Assembly (NCBI GenBank): GCA_965197425.1
Contig: CBDANC010000015.1
Coordinates: 384,001-448,000, forward strand
DNA: 64,000 nt
Origin: Bdellovibrionales bacterium
GTDB lineage: Bacteria > Bdellovibrionota > Bdellovibrionia > Bdellovibrionales > JAUICD01
Reading direction: 5' to 3'
Below, piece by piece: positions 29,452 to 37,861 of this stretch; the stretch's first letter is position 1; every line of letters begins with the position of its first letter. The notes below the pieces were generated by a model, which saw only the letters and a program-made list of their open reading frames with translations, did not search any database and was not told the origin of the DNA. The position numbers and the translations under genes were made by a program.

Positions 29452-29721
29452 ATGAAGCGCAAAGGTAGTATAAAGGCCAGGTGCAGTGTTCCATTGCTAG
29501 ATCTTCACGGAGTAACTTCGGATGAGGTTTTTGGTTTATTGGATAAATTTTTGTTAGATGCTATGGATGAAGTTGTGGTAAAGGTGATGCCTGGAAAGGG
29601 TACCGGTGTTGTAAAAAATAAAGTGGTGGAATACTTGGAAGGTGCTGGTTACAAATGGAGCTATGAGCTTAAAGGGGATGGCAACTATAACACTGGCGTT
29701 TTATTGGTTAGAATGGCATAG
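29452..29721 (+). CDS. Smr-domain protein
   Basis: LDLHG, GKGTG and NTGVLLV. Confidence 0.85.
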   Translation: MKRKGSIKARCSVPLLDLHGVTSDEVFGLLDKFLLDAMDEVVVKVMPGKGTGVVKNKVVEYLEGAGYKWSYELKGDGNYNTGVLLVRMA

Positions 29722-29729
29722 GATCTTTT

Positions 29730-30443
29730 ATGGCAAAGAAATTAACTAAGGAAGATTTAAGCACCAAGGGAATATTGCACAATATTGCTCTAGGGTCTTT
29801 GGCATTTTATCAAAATCACAAAAAACTGGTTATATTTTTGCTAGGATTTTTGGTTCTTGGTGGCATTTTTTTTAAGGTAATGTATGACAAAAAAAAGGGG
29901 GCCCTTCTGGAAGGTTTTAAAGCCCTATATGTACCAATGAGTGAACAAGAAAAAATAACTAAGTTAGAACTTGAAAAGGTAGAAGTAAATAGCCAAGAGA
30001 TTAATATAGAAGAAATAAAGTCTCAGGTGAAACTTGATTATGATAAGCTTCTTAGAGAGGAGCATCCAGATCAGGTTATGATTTTTGCTGCCTTGAATTT
30101 GGCAGATATTCACAGGAAAAATGGTGATATAGATGCCGCCATTTCTGCATTTTCAAATGTAAATTTAGATGGTAAATATTTTTTAAGTGGTCTAGGGGCT
30201 ATGATGTTGGCATCCTTGTATGAAGAGTCTGCTAATTGTGATAGAGCTTTGGAGTTATGGGATGAAGTTATAAAAAAGTTTTCTTTTTTTAGAACTGAAG
30301 CTCTGTTGAAAAAAGCTCTTTGTTTAGAAGATAGTGATATGGAGCAAGCTTTGGATATCTACACTAGGTTGTCGGTCGATTCGCCAGATACTTCTGAAGG
30401 TGTTTTAGCAAAAAAGCTACTTATGATTAAGCGTGGGAAGTAA
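29730..30443 (+). CDS. Membrane-anchored TPR protein (YfgM-like)
   Basis: N-terminal TM helix plus TPR-like helices; directly upstream of the bamB-like gene. Confidence 0.65.
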   Translation: MAKKLTKEDLSTKGILHNIALGSLAFYQNHKKLVIFLLGFLVLGGIFFKVMYDKKKGALLEGFKALYVPMSEQEKITKLELEKVEVNSQEINIEEIKSQVKLDYDKLLREEHPDQVMIFAALNLADIHRKNGDIDAAISAFSNVNLDGKYFLSGLGAMMLASLYEESANCDRALELWDEVIKKFSFFRTEALLKKALCLEDSDMEQALDIYTRLSVDSPDTSEGVLAKKLLMIKRGK

Positions 30444-31528
30444 TGAATATATTAAAAATTTTGTTATTAGGCTTACTTTTCGTCTCCTGTATTTCTGCTG
30501 GTGAAAAACCTATGGATGGTATGACAAGAAAGTGGATTAGAAGTACTATAAAACCCCCTTACTTAGGCCCCAAGTTATCTCATTTGATGAGTCCTGTTTT
30601 TTTGAATGAACTTGTAATTCAAGGTAATGGTCACGGCTCTTTGGTAGCTATAGACGCTGATAGTGGTAGGATTTCTTGGAAATTTAATGCTAAGCATGGG
30701 GTACATGGTGCCACTGTCTTGGGGGATAAGTTATTTTTTGGTACAGAAGCAGGTTGGGTTGTTTGCTTGGATAATAAGGGCAACCAACTTTGGGATTTAA
30801 AATTAGAAGCTGGTGTCTATTCAAAGCCTACAATACATGAAAACTTCCTTTATTTATTAACCGGCGATAATGCTGTCTATTCAATAAATCTAGATACTAA
30901 AAACATAACTTGGACTTACAGCCGAAACAGCAATGTTTCTATGAGTGTGTTAGGAAGTAGTTCCCCTATACCCTACAAAGATATTCTGTTGGTAGGCCTT
31001 AGTGATGGGTATCTGGTGACATTAAATCAAAAATCCGGTTTGTTAGTCTGGGAAAAAAAACTTAACACTTCAGATAAGTTTAAAGATATAGATGGGATGG
31101 CTTTGGACGGCGATATGTTGTATGTATCAAATTTTGATGCAGATTTACTTGGTCTTAATGCTAAAGATGGCAGCTTGGTATGGAAGAGCGAGAATTCGGG
31201 AGGAGGTAGTGATCCTACAGTAGCGGAAGATATTGTATTGATCTCATCATCTAACGGCGGCGTAGAGGCACTTAAAAAGGCTACGGGCGAAAAGCTCTGG
31301 ACATTTAAACTAAAATCAGGATTTGCAACAAAACCCCTGGTATCAAGTAACACTGTATATTTTGGCCAGAACAATGGTCCTGTTGTTGGTTTAGATATTA
31401 GAGACGGCAAACAACTGTTTTCTTATGCTGTTTCAGGGACATTGGCAACACCTAGTATATCCGGCAATACTCTTTACCTTATCTCTAATGCAGGTAATTT
31501 GAACGCCATAAACACCAACACTGATTGA
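30443..31528 (+). CDS. PQQ-like beta-propeller lipoprotein (BamB-like)
   Basis: Lipobox FVSC; repeated A-x-D-x-x-x-G-x-x-x-W motifs. Confidence 0.8.
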   Translation: MNILKILLLGLLFVSCISAGEKPMDGMTRKWIRSTIKPPYLGPKLSHLMSPVFLNELVIQGNGHGSLVAIDADSGRISWKFNAKHGVHGATVLGDKLFFGTEAGWVVCLDNKGNQLWDLKLEAGVYSKPTIHENFLYLLTGDNAVYSINLDTKNITWTYSRNSNVSMSVLGSSSPIPYKDILLVGLSDGYLVTLNQKSGLLVWEKKLNTSDKFKDIDGMALDGDMLYVSNFDADLLGLNAKDGSLVWKSENSGGGSDPTVAEDIVLISSSNGGVEALKKATGEKLWTFKLKSGFATKPLVSSNTVYFGQNNGPVVGLDIRDGKQLFSYAVSGTLATPSISGNTLYLISNAGNLNAINTNTD

Positions 31529-31597
31529 TCCTGGTCCAACTAAAGCTAGGGAATTTTCATACTCCGCCAATTCACCTTGTTTCTAGCCTCATTAACC

Positions 31598-31695
31598 TCA
31601 CCTTATCTGGTATATTTTTAATTTTTTCATAAGATATGTTGTCTCTCTTTTTTTAAAAAAAGGAGACAATTGCCAGATCCCGGACTGCCCGATCT
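31598..31695 (-). pseudogene. Truncated four-helix cassette (leader plus first codons)
   Basis: Minus strand reads GATCGGGCAGTCCGGGATCTGGCAATTGTCTCCTTTTTTT...ATG (31630) MKKLKIYQIR*, compared with copy 3 MKKLKTYQLA. Confidence 0.75.
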
Positions 31696-31890
31696 CTATG
31701 TAGTAGGTACTTCTCCTTACGATAATGGATTGGCTGTGAGGGAGACGCAAAAACATGATATTATTTCTACCTCTGATTTGTCGAAAAAACGGAGGGTTTA
31801 CGGGGGACCTTCCGTAACGTAATTCGTCCAGCAAAAATGGAATAAGTCCCATTGTTTGCTGAACGGGAATCAGTGTTGAGCTTTTATGAC

Positions 31891-32011
31891 CGGGATTGGC
31901 ATCTTGTTCCAGAGCTGGGCATCCACTCGGCTAAAAAATGACTTGGCTACACTTGGACTTCGTCTTGTTCGTTCCGCCAATCCATTTTATTAACCTCATT
32001 GGAAGACCTTT
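31891..32011 (+). repeat. Family-B dispersed repeat
   Basis: GGGATTGGCATCTTGTTCCAGAGCTGGGCATCCACTCGGC...CCTCATTGGAAGACCTTT. Confidence 0.85.
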
Positions 32012-32163
32012 GTGTATCATTGTCGTACAAGGTGACTCTTTAGAATTTGCTTGAAGATGTTACCTGTTTTTTCCGAAAAGTCATAGTCAGGCTTTTATTT
32101 ATGTTGGTTAGGTACAAACTGTATAGCCATAGTTTGTAGTTTTGTAGGTATACAAATAGGTTT

Positions 32164-34119
32164 ATGGGATCAAGTGGAATAAATATAGTGGTGGTAGATC
32201 ATCAAACTTTTGGTGAAACACTAGTAAAACATCTAAAGGAGGCAGGGTTTAATGCTGTTTTAACCCGTAAACCTAGTGATGCAATAAGAGAATTTGGTGT
32301 TAGATCAGTCCATGCATTTATAATTGAGTGTGTGTTACCTGGCTATTCTGGTATAGACCTTGCCAAGAGCCTAAAAGAAACTGGTGCTTCTTCCATACCA
32401 TTCTACTTCATGTCTGGATTATTCAAAAGTCAGACCTTCATAAAGAAAACCCTTTCAGATACTGGAGGAGAGGGCTTTTTTGAAAAACCACTAAACTACG
32501 AACATATTATTACAACTTTAAAAGATAGGTTTAAAATACAACCTGAAGCCAAAGAAAATAATTCAATGGTTAGTTTAATGATGGATGACAATCTAACTGA
32601 TAGATCTTGTCTTGAGGTATTGCAAAATACAGATAAAGTTTACGGTTATGATATACCTGCATTGATATCTATTATCTCTCGTACAAATATTATGGGAGTG
32701 GCCAGATTTAGTTCAAAAAGTGATATGGCTAAGGTATATATATCAAAAGGCAATGTTATATCTGTATTGTCAAACGATACAAACTCATACTGGGGTTCTT
32801 TGTTACTTGAAAAAAACCTGATTAACCCAGAAGACCTTCAATTTCACTTATCTAAAAATGATAAAGGTAAAATAGGTACAAGACTTATTGAAGCTAATTT
32901 AATTAGCCCACACACGGTAGATTTTATTTGTCTTGAACAGGCTCGTATTAGAATTGGTAGAATGATAAAAGATGTTCGTTATTCATTTAACTTTACAAAT
33001 TTTAACTTATCTCAAACAGATAGCATGCAACGATGCAATTCTTCTTATATGTCAAATAGATTTATATCTGAATGGGTATACATAAAGACCCCTGTTGAGT
33101 TTTTGAGGCAGGTTTACATTCCGTTTTTGGAATACAAAGTTACAAAATCTTCTAATTATAAAAATAGAAACAACATTTTATCCGTACCATATGTCAGTCA
33201 CGATACAGAACTTTTAGATTCTTTATCTGAAAAAGAATATTCTCTTTCAGAATTATTATCTTTCAAAAAGAATCAAGAAATCTACAGACTAGTGCACTTC
33301 TTGATTTTAACTGATGTGATTACTTTTAAACGAAATAACAACCATGAAAATTATCAATCTAGAATTGAAGTTTTAAATAAATTTAAGAAGGATATTGAGA
33401 AACAAAACTACTTTCAAATATTAGGTGTTAATGAGGGTAAAGAATTTGATGAATACTCTCTGAAAAGCTCTTATATTAGTCTTACTAAATCATTTCACCC
33501 TGACAAATTAATAGACGCTCCTTCAGATTTGAGGGCCATTTCTAATGAAATATTTAACATTATTTCGGAGGCATATAACACATTACTTGATCCTGATAAA
33601 AGAGCAAAATATGAGTCGGGTATAGAAAGTATTAAAGCTGATATAAAGCTAAGTTTAGATAATTTATTATCAGATGCAAAAGCTCATTTGAAAAACTATC
33701 AGGAAACTAAGGCCTATGACTTATTACAAAAAGCTGTGAAATTACAAAAGCCATCTAGTGAGCTTAGCCTTTATTTATTATGGGCAAGGATAACTAAAAA
33801 TAAAGATGAGGAAATTGCACAAAATGATTTAATGGATATTTGGGATACACTAAACCATATTCCTGTGGAAGATAGAAACACCGCTTTGTATTATTTTGTT
33901 AAGGGGTTATTACAGAAAAAAATTGGAGACTACGATCTATCTGAGCTTAATTTTAAAAAGTCAATTTTATTTGACGGCAAATTTATTATTGCAAGAAGTG
34001 AGTTGAAAAAGACAGAGAAACTGAAAAAGTCTAAATCAATCTCTATGAGACTGGGTAGTGCAAAAAAGCAACTCAAAGATATGTTTTTCAACAAAGATAA
34101 ACAAAAGAAAGCCAGTTAG
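32164..34119 (+). CDS. Receiver-like domain + central domain + DnaJ (HPD) + TPR protein
   Basis: N-terminal REC-like (VVVDH...FFEKP); NYFQILGV...FHPDK J-domain; TPR-like tail. Confidence 0.8.
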   Translation: MGSSGINIVVVDHQTFGETLVKHLKEAGFNAVLTRKPSDAIREFGVRSVHAFIIECVLPGYSGIDLAKSLKETGASSIPFYFMSGLFKSQTFIKKTLSDTGGEGFFEKPLNYEHIITTLKDRFKIQPEAKENNSMVSLMMDDNLTDRSCLEVLQNTDKVYGYDIPALISIISRTNIMGVARFSSKSDMAKVYISKGNVISVLSNDTNSYWGSLLLEKNLINPEDLQFHLSKNDKGKIGTRLIEANLISPHTVDFICLEQARIRIGRMIKDVRYSFNFTNFNLSQTDSMQRCNSSYMSNRFISEWVYIKTPVEFLRQVYIPFLEYKVTKSSNYKNRNNILSVPYVSHDTELLDSLSEKEYSLSELLSFKKNQEIYRLVHFLILTDVITFKRNNNHENYQSRIEVLNKFKKDIEKQNYFQILGVNEGKEFDEYSLKSSYISLTKSFHPDKLIDAPSDLRAISNEIFNIISEAYNTLLDPDKRAKYESGIESIKADIKLSLDNLLSDAKAHLKNYQETKAYDLLQKAVKLQKPSSELSLYLLWARITKNKDEEIAQNDLMDIWDTLNHIPVEDRNTALYYFVKGLLQKKIGDYDLSELNFKKSILFDGKFIIARSELKKTEKLKKSKSISMRLGSAKKQLKDMFFNKDKQKKAS

Positions 34120-34130
34120 TTGATCAATTA

Positions 34131-34194
34131 GTCGGGCAATCAGGCAGTCGGGCAATCAGGCAAACAGGCACACCGGCACACCGGCAATCCGGGA
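34131..34194 (+). repeat. 8 x 8-bp degenerate tandem repeat upstream of cassette 4
   Basis: GTCGGGCA/ATCAGGCA/AACAGGCA/CACCGGCA units. Confidence 0.9.
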
Positions 34195-34262
34195 TCTGGT
34201 GAATTGATTAAATTTTCTAAAAAAATTTCCTCCCATCAAAGATGGTAAGGAGGAAATTTTTT

Positions 34263-34556
34263 ATGAGAAAATTTAGAACTTATCAGTTAGCGGTTCAATT
34301 CTATAATAATTCTAAGAATTTATACTTAAAAGAACCACTAAAGAATCAATTTCAAAGAGCTACCCTAAGCATTGTACTCAATTTAGCAGAGGGAAGTGCC
34401 AAACCTACAACAAAAGATAGAAGAAAGTTCTACAGAACCAGTTTGGGCTCGCTTAGAGAAACACAAGCTATACTGGATCTCATAGATCATAAAAAGCTAA
34501 TAAATGAAGCCAATATACTAGGAGGATATCTTTACAAACTGTGTAAGAATACATAA
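34263..34556 (+). CDS. Four-helix-bundle protein, copy 4
   Basis: Differs from copy 1 at 2 of 97 residues; same leader hairpin. Confidence 0.88.
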   Translation: MRKFRTYQLAVQFYNNSKNLYLKEPLKNQFQRATLSIVLNLAEGSAKPTTKDRRKFYRTSLGSLRETQAILDLIDHKKLINEANILGGYLYKLCKNT

Positions 34557-34573
34557 ATCGGGCAGTCGGGCAA

Positions 34574-34615
34574 AAGTTAGGAGCATACCTTTACAAACTA
34601 TATAGGAATACCTGA
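34574..34615 (+). pseudogene. Extra 3' fragment of a four-helix gene
   Basis: Translates KLGAYLYKLYRNT*, compared with KLGGYLYKLCKNT* in copy 1. Confidence 0.75.
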
Positions 34616-34661
34616 ATCTGGTGGCTGATGCAGATCCCAGAGTGCCGGATTGCCTGATAAA

Positions 34662-35267
34662 CTAATCACATATTTGGAATGCTAATCTTGAGACCTGTGT
34701 TAACATTTCGTTTTCTAAATCAGGTGCAGCGGCATACACATATAACTCATGTACACCATCACTTAGGTCATTATATCTGTATTTTACGTAGTCGTAATAC
34801 CCACTTTCTATCTGTTCCCTATAATCAGTTACTGTGGAGTGCTGCTCTAGTTTAAACAAATCACAGTCTTCATAAGGACCACTTATTGCAGCACTACAGT
34901 ATAGAGCAACCTCTGAAATATCATATCCACTTAGGATCTGTGGCAAATAATCTATGTATATTCTGTCGCTTCTTATCCCTAGCTTAACATCAAGATTATC
35001 TCTGCATGGGTTGCTTACAATTTCTAAACCGTTATCGTCGCTTAAGGCCAGGTCTAAAACAGGGAGAGTTTCATATGATTGTGAGGATAAAAAACCAGCT
35101 CCTACTAAATCTTTGGTTTTAAATCCAGCACAGTTCTGGTACCCAACAACCAAAGTAAGGCATAAAGCTACAACCGTAGCGGCACCAACTTTTCTAGCAC
35201 CACCAGAGCTAGAACCTTCATCTTCCTTCTCAGCTTCCAAGATTATAGTTTTTTCTTGATCGTACAT
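34662..35267 (-). CDS. YQNC-type lipoprotein with Ig-like C-terminal domain
   Basis: LVVGYQNC signal; tandem paralogue of 35276-35869. Confidence 0.75.
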   Translation of the reverse strand: MYDQEKTIILEAEKEDEGSSSGGARKVGAATVVALCLTLVVGYQNCAGFKTKDLVGAGFLSSQSYETLPVLDLALSDDNGLEIVSNPCRDNLDVKLGIRSDRIYIDYLPQILSGYDISEVALYCSAAISGPYEDCDLFKLEQHSTVTDYREQIESGYYDYVKYRYNDLSDGVHELYVYAAAPDLENEMLTQVSRLAFQICD

Positions 35268-35275
35268 AGCACCCC

Positions 35276-35869
35276 CTAGTCACATATCTGAAATTGGACT
35301 TTGGTAACTTCTGTGAGCATCGTATCGTCCATACCTGCAAAAACATCGAACTCATATACTGCGTTTTCTAGATTTGTGTACTTATACCTGATAAAGTTTG
35401 AGTCTTCTGACTCATCCCTCCCATACTGAATATAATTACTTACACTTGCTTGGTTTTGCAAATAAAAATCCTCACATCTTGCATATTCATCCATACTTTT
35501 GGCCAGCTTACAATAAAGCTCCACATCATTTAAGTTATCAACTTCTAAGTTATCAATGATATAATCAACATAGATTTCATCAGATTGAATACCTGGTACA
35601 CTGTGACCGCTACTACAGTAATTTTTTTTGATTCTATTCATATCTCGATCGTCATCAAAGTATACTGTGGTAATTGCATAGTCTAGACTTGGCAGAGAAG
35701 ATTTAGATGAAAAAGCCAGCTCACCCGTATCTTGTACTTTCATAGAAGCACAGTTTTGATAACTCATAACAACGGCTAGTCCCAAAGCACAAAAGATAAT
35801 GATAGACTTTCGTTTTCTGGTATTCGTTGGTCTATACAGGGAATCAAGGTCTTGGTCTGATTGATTCAT
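35276..35869 (-). CDS. YQNC-type lipoprotein with Ig-like C-terminal domain
   Basis: VMSYQNC signal; shares IxSDxIYxDY, LYC...C and FQICD* with its neighbour. Confidence 0.75.
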   Translation of the reverse strand: MNQSDQDLDSLYRPTNTRKRKSIIIFCALGLAVVMSYQNCASMKVQDTGELAFSSKSSLPSLDYAITTVYFDDDRDMNRIKKNYCSSGHSVPGIQSDEIYVDYIIDNLEVDNLNDVELYCKLAKSMDEYARCEDFYLQNQASVSNYIQYGRDESEDSNFIRYKYTNLENAVYEFDVFAGMDDTMLTEVTKVQFQICD

Positions 35870-36038
35870 AATCCTCCCTTACTACAGAGAACTATTCGGT
35901 TGTATCATATACCAACTTTAGTTTACCAACTTTGGTAATACTTCCGATAGCTACCAGTCTTATTCTAAACTTAAGCCCTTATTAAGTACTATCATGTTTT
36001 GTCCGACTTGTCTTTATAGATGACACATGGGGGTTTAA

Positions 36039-36647
36039 ATGAAGCTACCAAAAAATAGATTATTTAACCTTAAAAAGGCCAATTTGCTATGTTTAAGCTT
36101 AGCCGTTTCATTGTTAACTCTTGGGTGTTCTTCACCTAAAACGCCAGATAGAACTAGTACTGGTATGCCTGGGTTTCCAAATGCCGACTCTAATTTTAAT
36201 GATTTAATACCTCCTATGTTTGATGATCCAACGGGTGATTTGGGCAATTATGAGGGGAGCGCATTGAATGTTGTTGTGTTGTATGCTGTAGAATCAAGGG
36301 ACAGATATTATAGCCAAAGTAGCTCAGATTGTTTTAAAAGTGGTGATGTTGCTATCCGATTTCCCGAACAAACTATCGGAGGTCAAAAGGTAATCGATTG
36401 GGATTTAACCTGTAGCTCTGATGTGAATCCTTCTGAGGATTCCTTTGTTGACTGTTCTGAACTGGTTTTAGGTGGAAAAAGGCCTTCTGAAATTGGAATA
36501 GATAAAGCAAACGGTACTGTAACCTACATATACAAAAACCTGCCAGATGAAGTATATGGTTTTACTTCTCGTACCCGGGACCCTTTAGGTAGGATAACAT
36601 CTGTTGAAGCACCTAAGACATTCGTAGTCTGTGCAGAGTCAACCTAG
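36039..36647 (+). CDS. Lipoprotein, distant relative of the two divergent paralogues
   Basis: Lipobox LTLGC; LTC...FVDC...YIYKNLP pattern. Confidence 0.7.
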   Translation: MKLPKNRLFNLKKANLLCLSLAVSLLTLGCSSPKTPDRTSTGMPGFPNADSNFNDLIPPMFDDPTGDLGNYEGSALNVVVLYAVESRDRYYSQSSSDCFKSGDVAIRFPEQTIGGQKVIDWDLTCSSDVNPSEDSFVDCSELVLGGKRPSEIGIDKANGTVTYIYKNLPDEVYGFTSRTRDPLGRITSVEAPKTFVVCAEST

Positions 36648-36679
36648 TTATCCTTTAAAACCTTAGAACTTAGTGTGGA

Positions 36680-36772
36680 GGGATCAGCATCGTGTCCAGA
36701 GCTGGGGGCAACCACTCGGCAAAAAAAAGTAGGCATAACCTCCTTATTTTTTGCCTAGCTTAGAAGACCTTT
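36680..36772 (+). repeat. Family-B dispersed repeat
   Basis: GGGATCAGCATCGTGTCCAGAGCTG...GGCAAAA-hairpin-TTTTGCC...GAAGACCTTT. Confidence 0.88.
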
Positions 36773-36775
36773 GAA

Positions 36776-37858
36776 CTAGTTGTTTAATTCTTCAATTAAA
36801 TTGCTAACAACTCTTGCTGTTCGTCTTCCTATTATTCTCTTTTTAGATTGTTCAAGAGCAAATGCTCGCATATCCTCTACACTGTCAAACTCATCTACAA
36901 TTTCTACTCCAAGTAAAGTCTCGATGGCATCTTCCAAAGTAACCAAGCCTGTAGTTTGCCCTAATTTGTTTCTTGCAATAAAAATGTGTGATTGCTTTTT
37001 GATAAAAAGACTCATAATCGACCCAACAGACTGTTCATCAGGAACATAGTCAATTTTATTCGAAATATCTCTTAAATACTTTTTGTTTCCCTCGTCTTTT
37101 CCATAAATATCTAAAACTTCATATCTTAAAACCATGCCTGTAATGTTATTAAGATCTTTTTCATAAATCGGTATTCTAGAAAAAGGAATCTGTCCATATT
37201 TTTCAACCGTAGTGTCAATTGACAAATTTTGAGACAGAGCAATTATAACAGATCTAGGTGTCATTATGTCTTTTACATATATACGATTTAGCTTTAGTAG
37301 ATTTTTTATAATATTTCTCTCTTCGTCCTTAATTGTACCCTCTTCCTGACTAATTTCAGCAGAGGCAATAAGCTCGTCTCTTGTAAATATAGGAGTATTC
37401 TTCTTACCAAGAGCTACCATATCAGAGAGACGTTCTAGTAACCATACCAATGGATACAATAATAAAATCAAGTATTTGATAATAAATGAGGCTGGTGTTG
37501 CTATCGTTTTCCAAAACATAGCACCTATTGTTTTAGGTATTATTTCAGCAAAAACTAAAATAAACATGGTTAACACACCAGATACAACCGCCACCATTTC
37601 ACTACCATAGATATTAAGAACATGAGCACCTATTATCGATGCACCCAGTGTATTTGCAACTGTGTTTAAAGTAAGTATGGCAGCTAAAGGTTTATCTATT
37701 TCACTTTTCAGGTCGTAAAGTACCTTACCAGATCGCGCATTTCTACTCTGAAGATCTCTTATAAATGAGTCCTGCACAGAGAGCATGGTTGACTCCAAAA
37801 GCGAACATACAAATGAAATAGCAATTACCAGGAAAAAATATAAGATTAATAAGCTCAA
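36776..37858 (-). CDS. CNNM/DUF21 + CBS membrane protein (CorB/TlyC-like)
   Basis: SFVCSLLES, EIIPKT, IMTPR, FSRIP and TLEDAIETLLGVEIVDE. Confidence 0.9.
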   Translation of the reverse strand: MSLLILYFFLVIAISFVCSLLESTMLSVQDSFIRDLQSRNARSGKVLYDLKSEIDKPLAAILTLNTVANTLGASIIGAHVLNIYGSEMVAVVSGVLTMFILVFAEIIPKTIGAMFWKTIATPASFIIKYLILLLYPLVWLLERLSDMVALGKKNTPIFTRDELIASAEISQEEGTIKDEERNIIKNLLKLNRIYVKDIMTPRSVIIALSQNLSIDTTVEKYGQIPFSRIPIYEKDLNNITGMVLRYEVLDIYGKDEGNKKYLRDISNKIDYVPDEQSVGSIMSLFIKKQSHIFIARNKLGQTTGLVTLEDAIETLLGVEIVDEFDSVEDMRAFALEQSKKRIIGRRTARVVSNLIEELNN

Positions 37859-37861
37859 AAG

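Noticed and set aside
7954..34556. Diversity-generating retroelement (Avd-like genes)
   Set aside because: No reverse transcriptase and no TR/VR pair seen; differences between copies are mostly synonymous and not confined to adenines.
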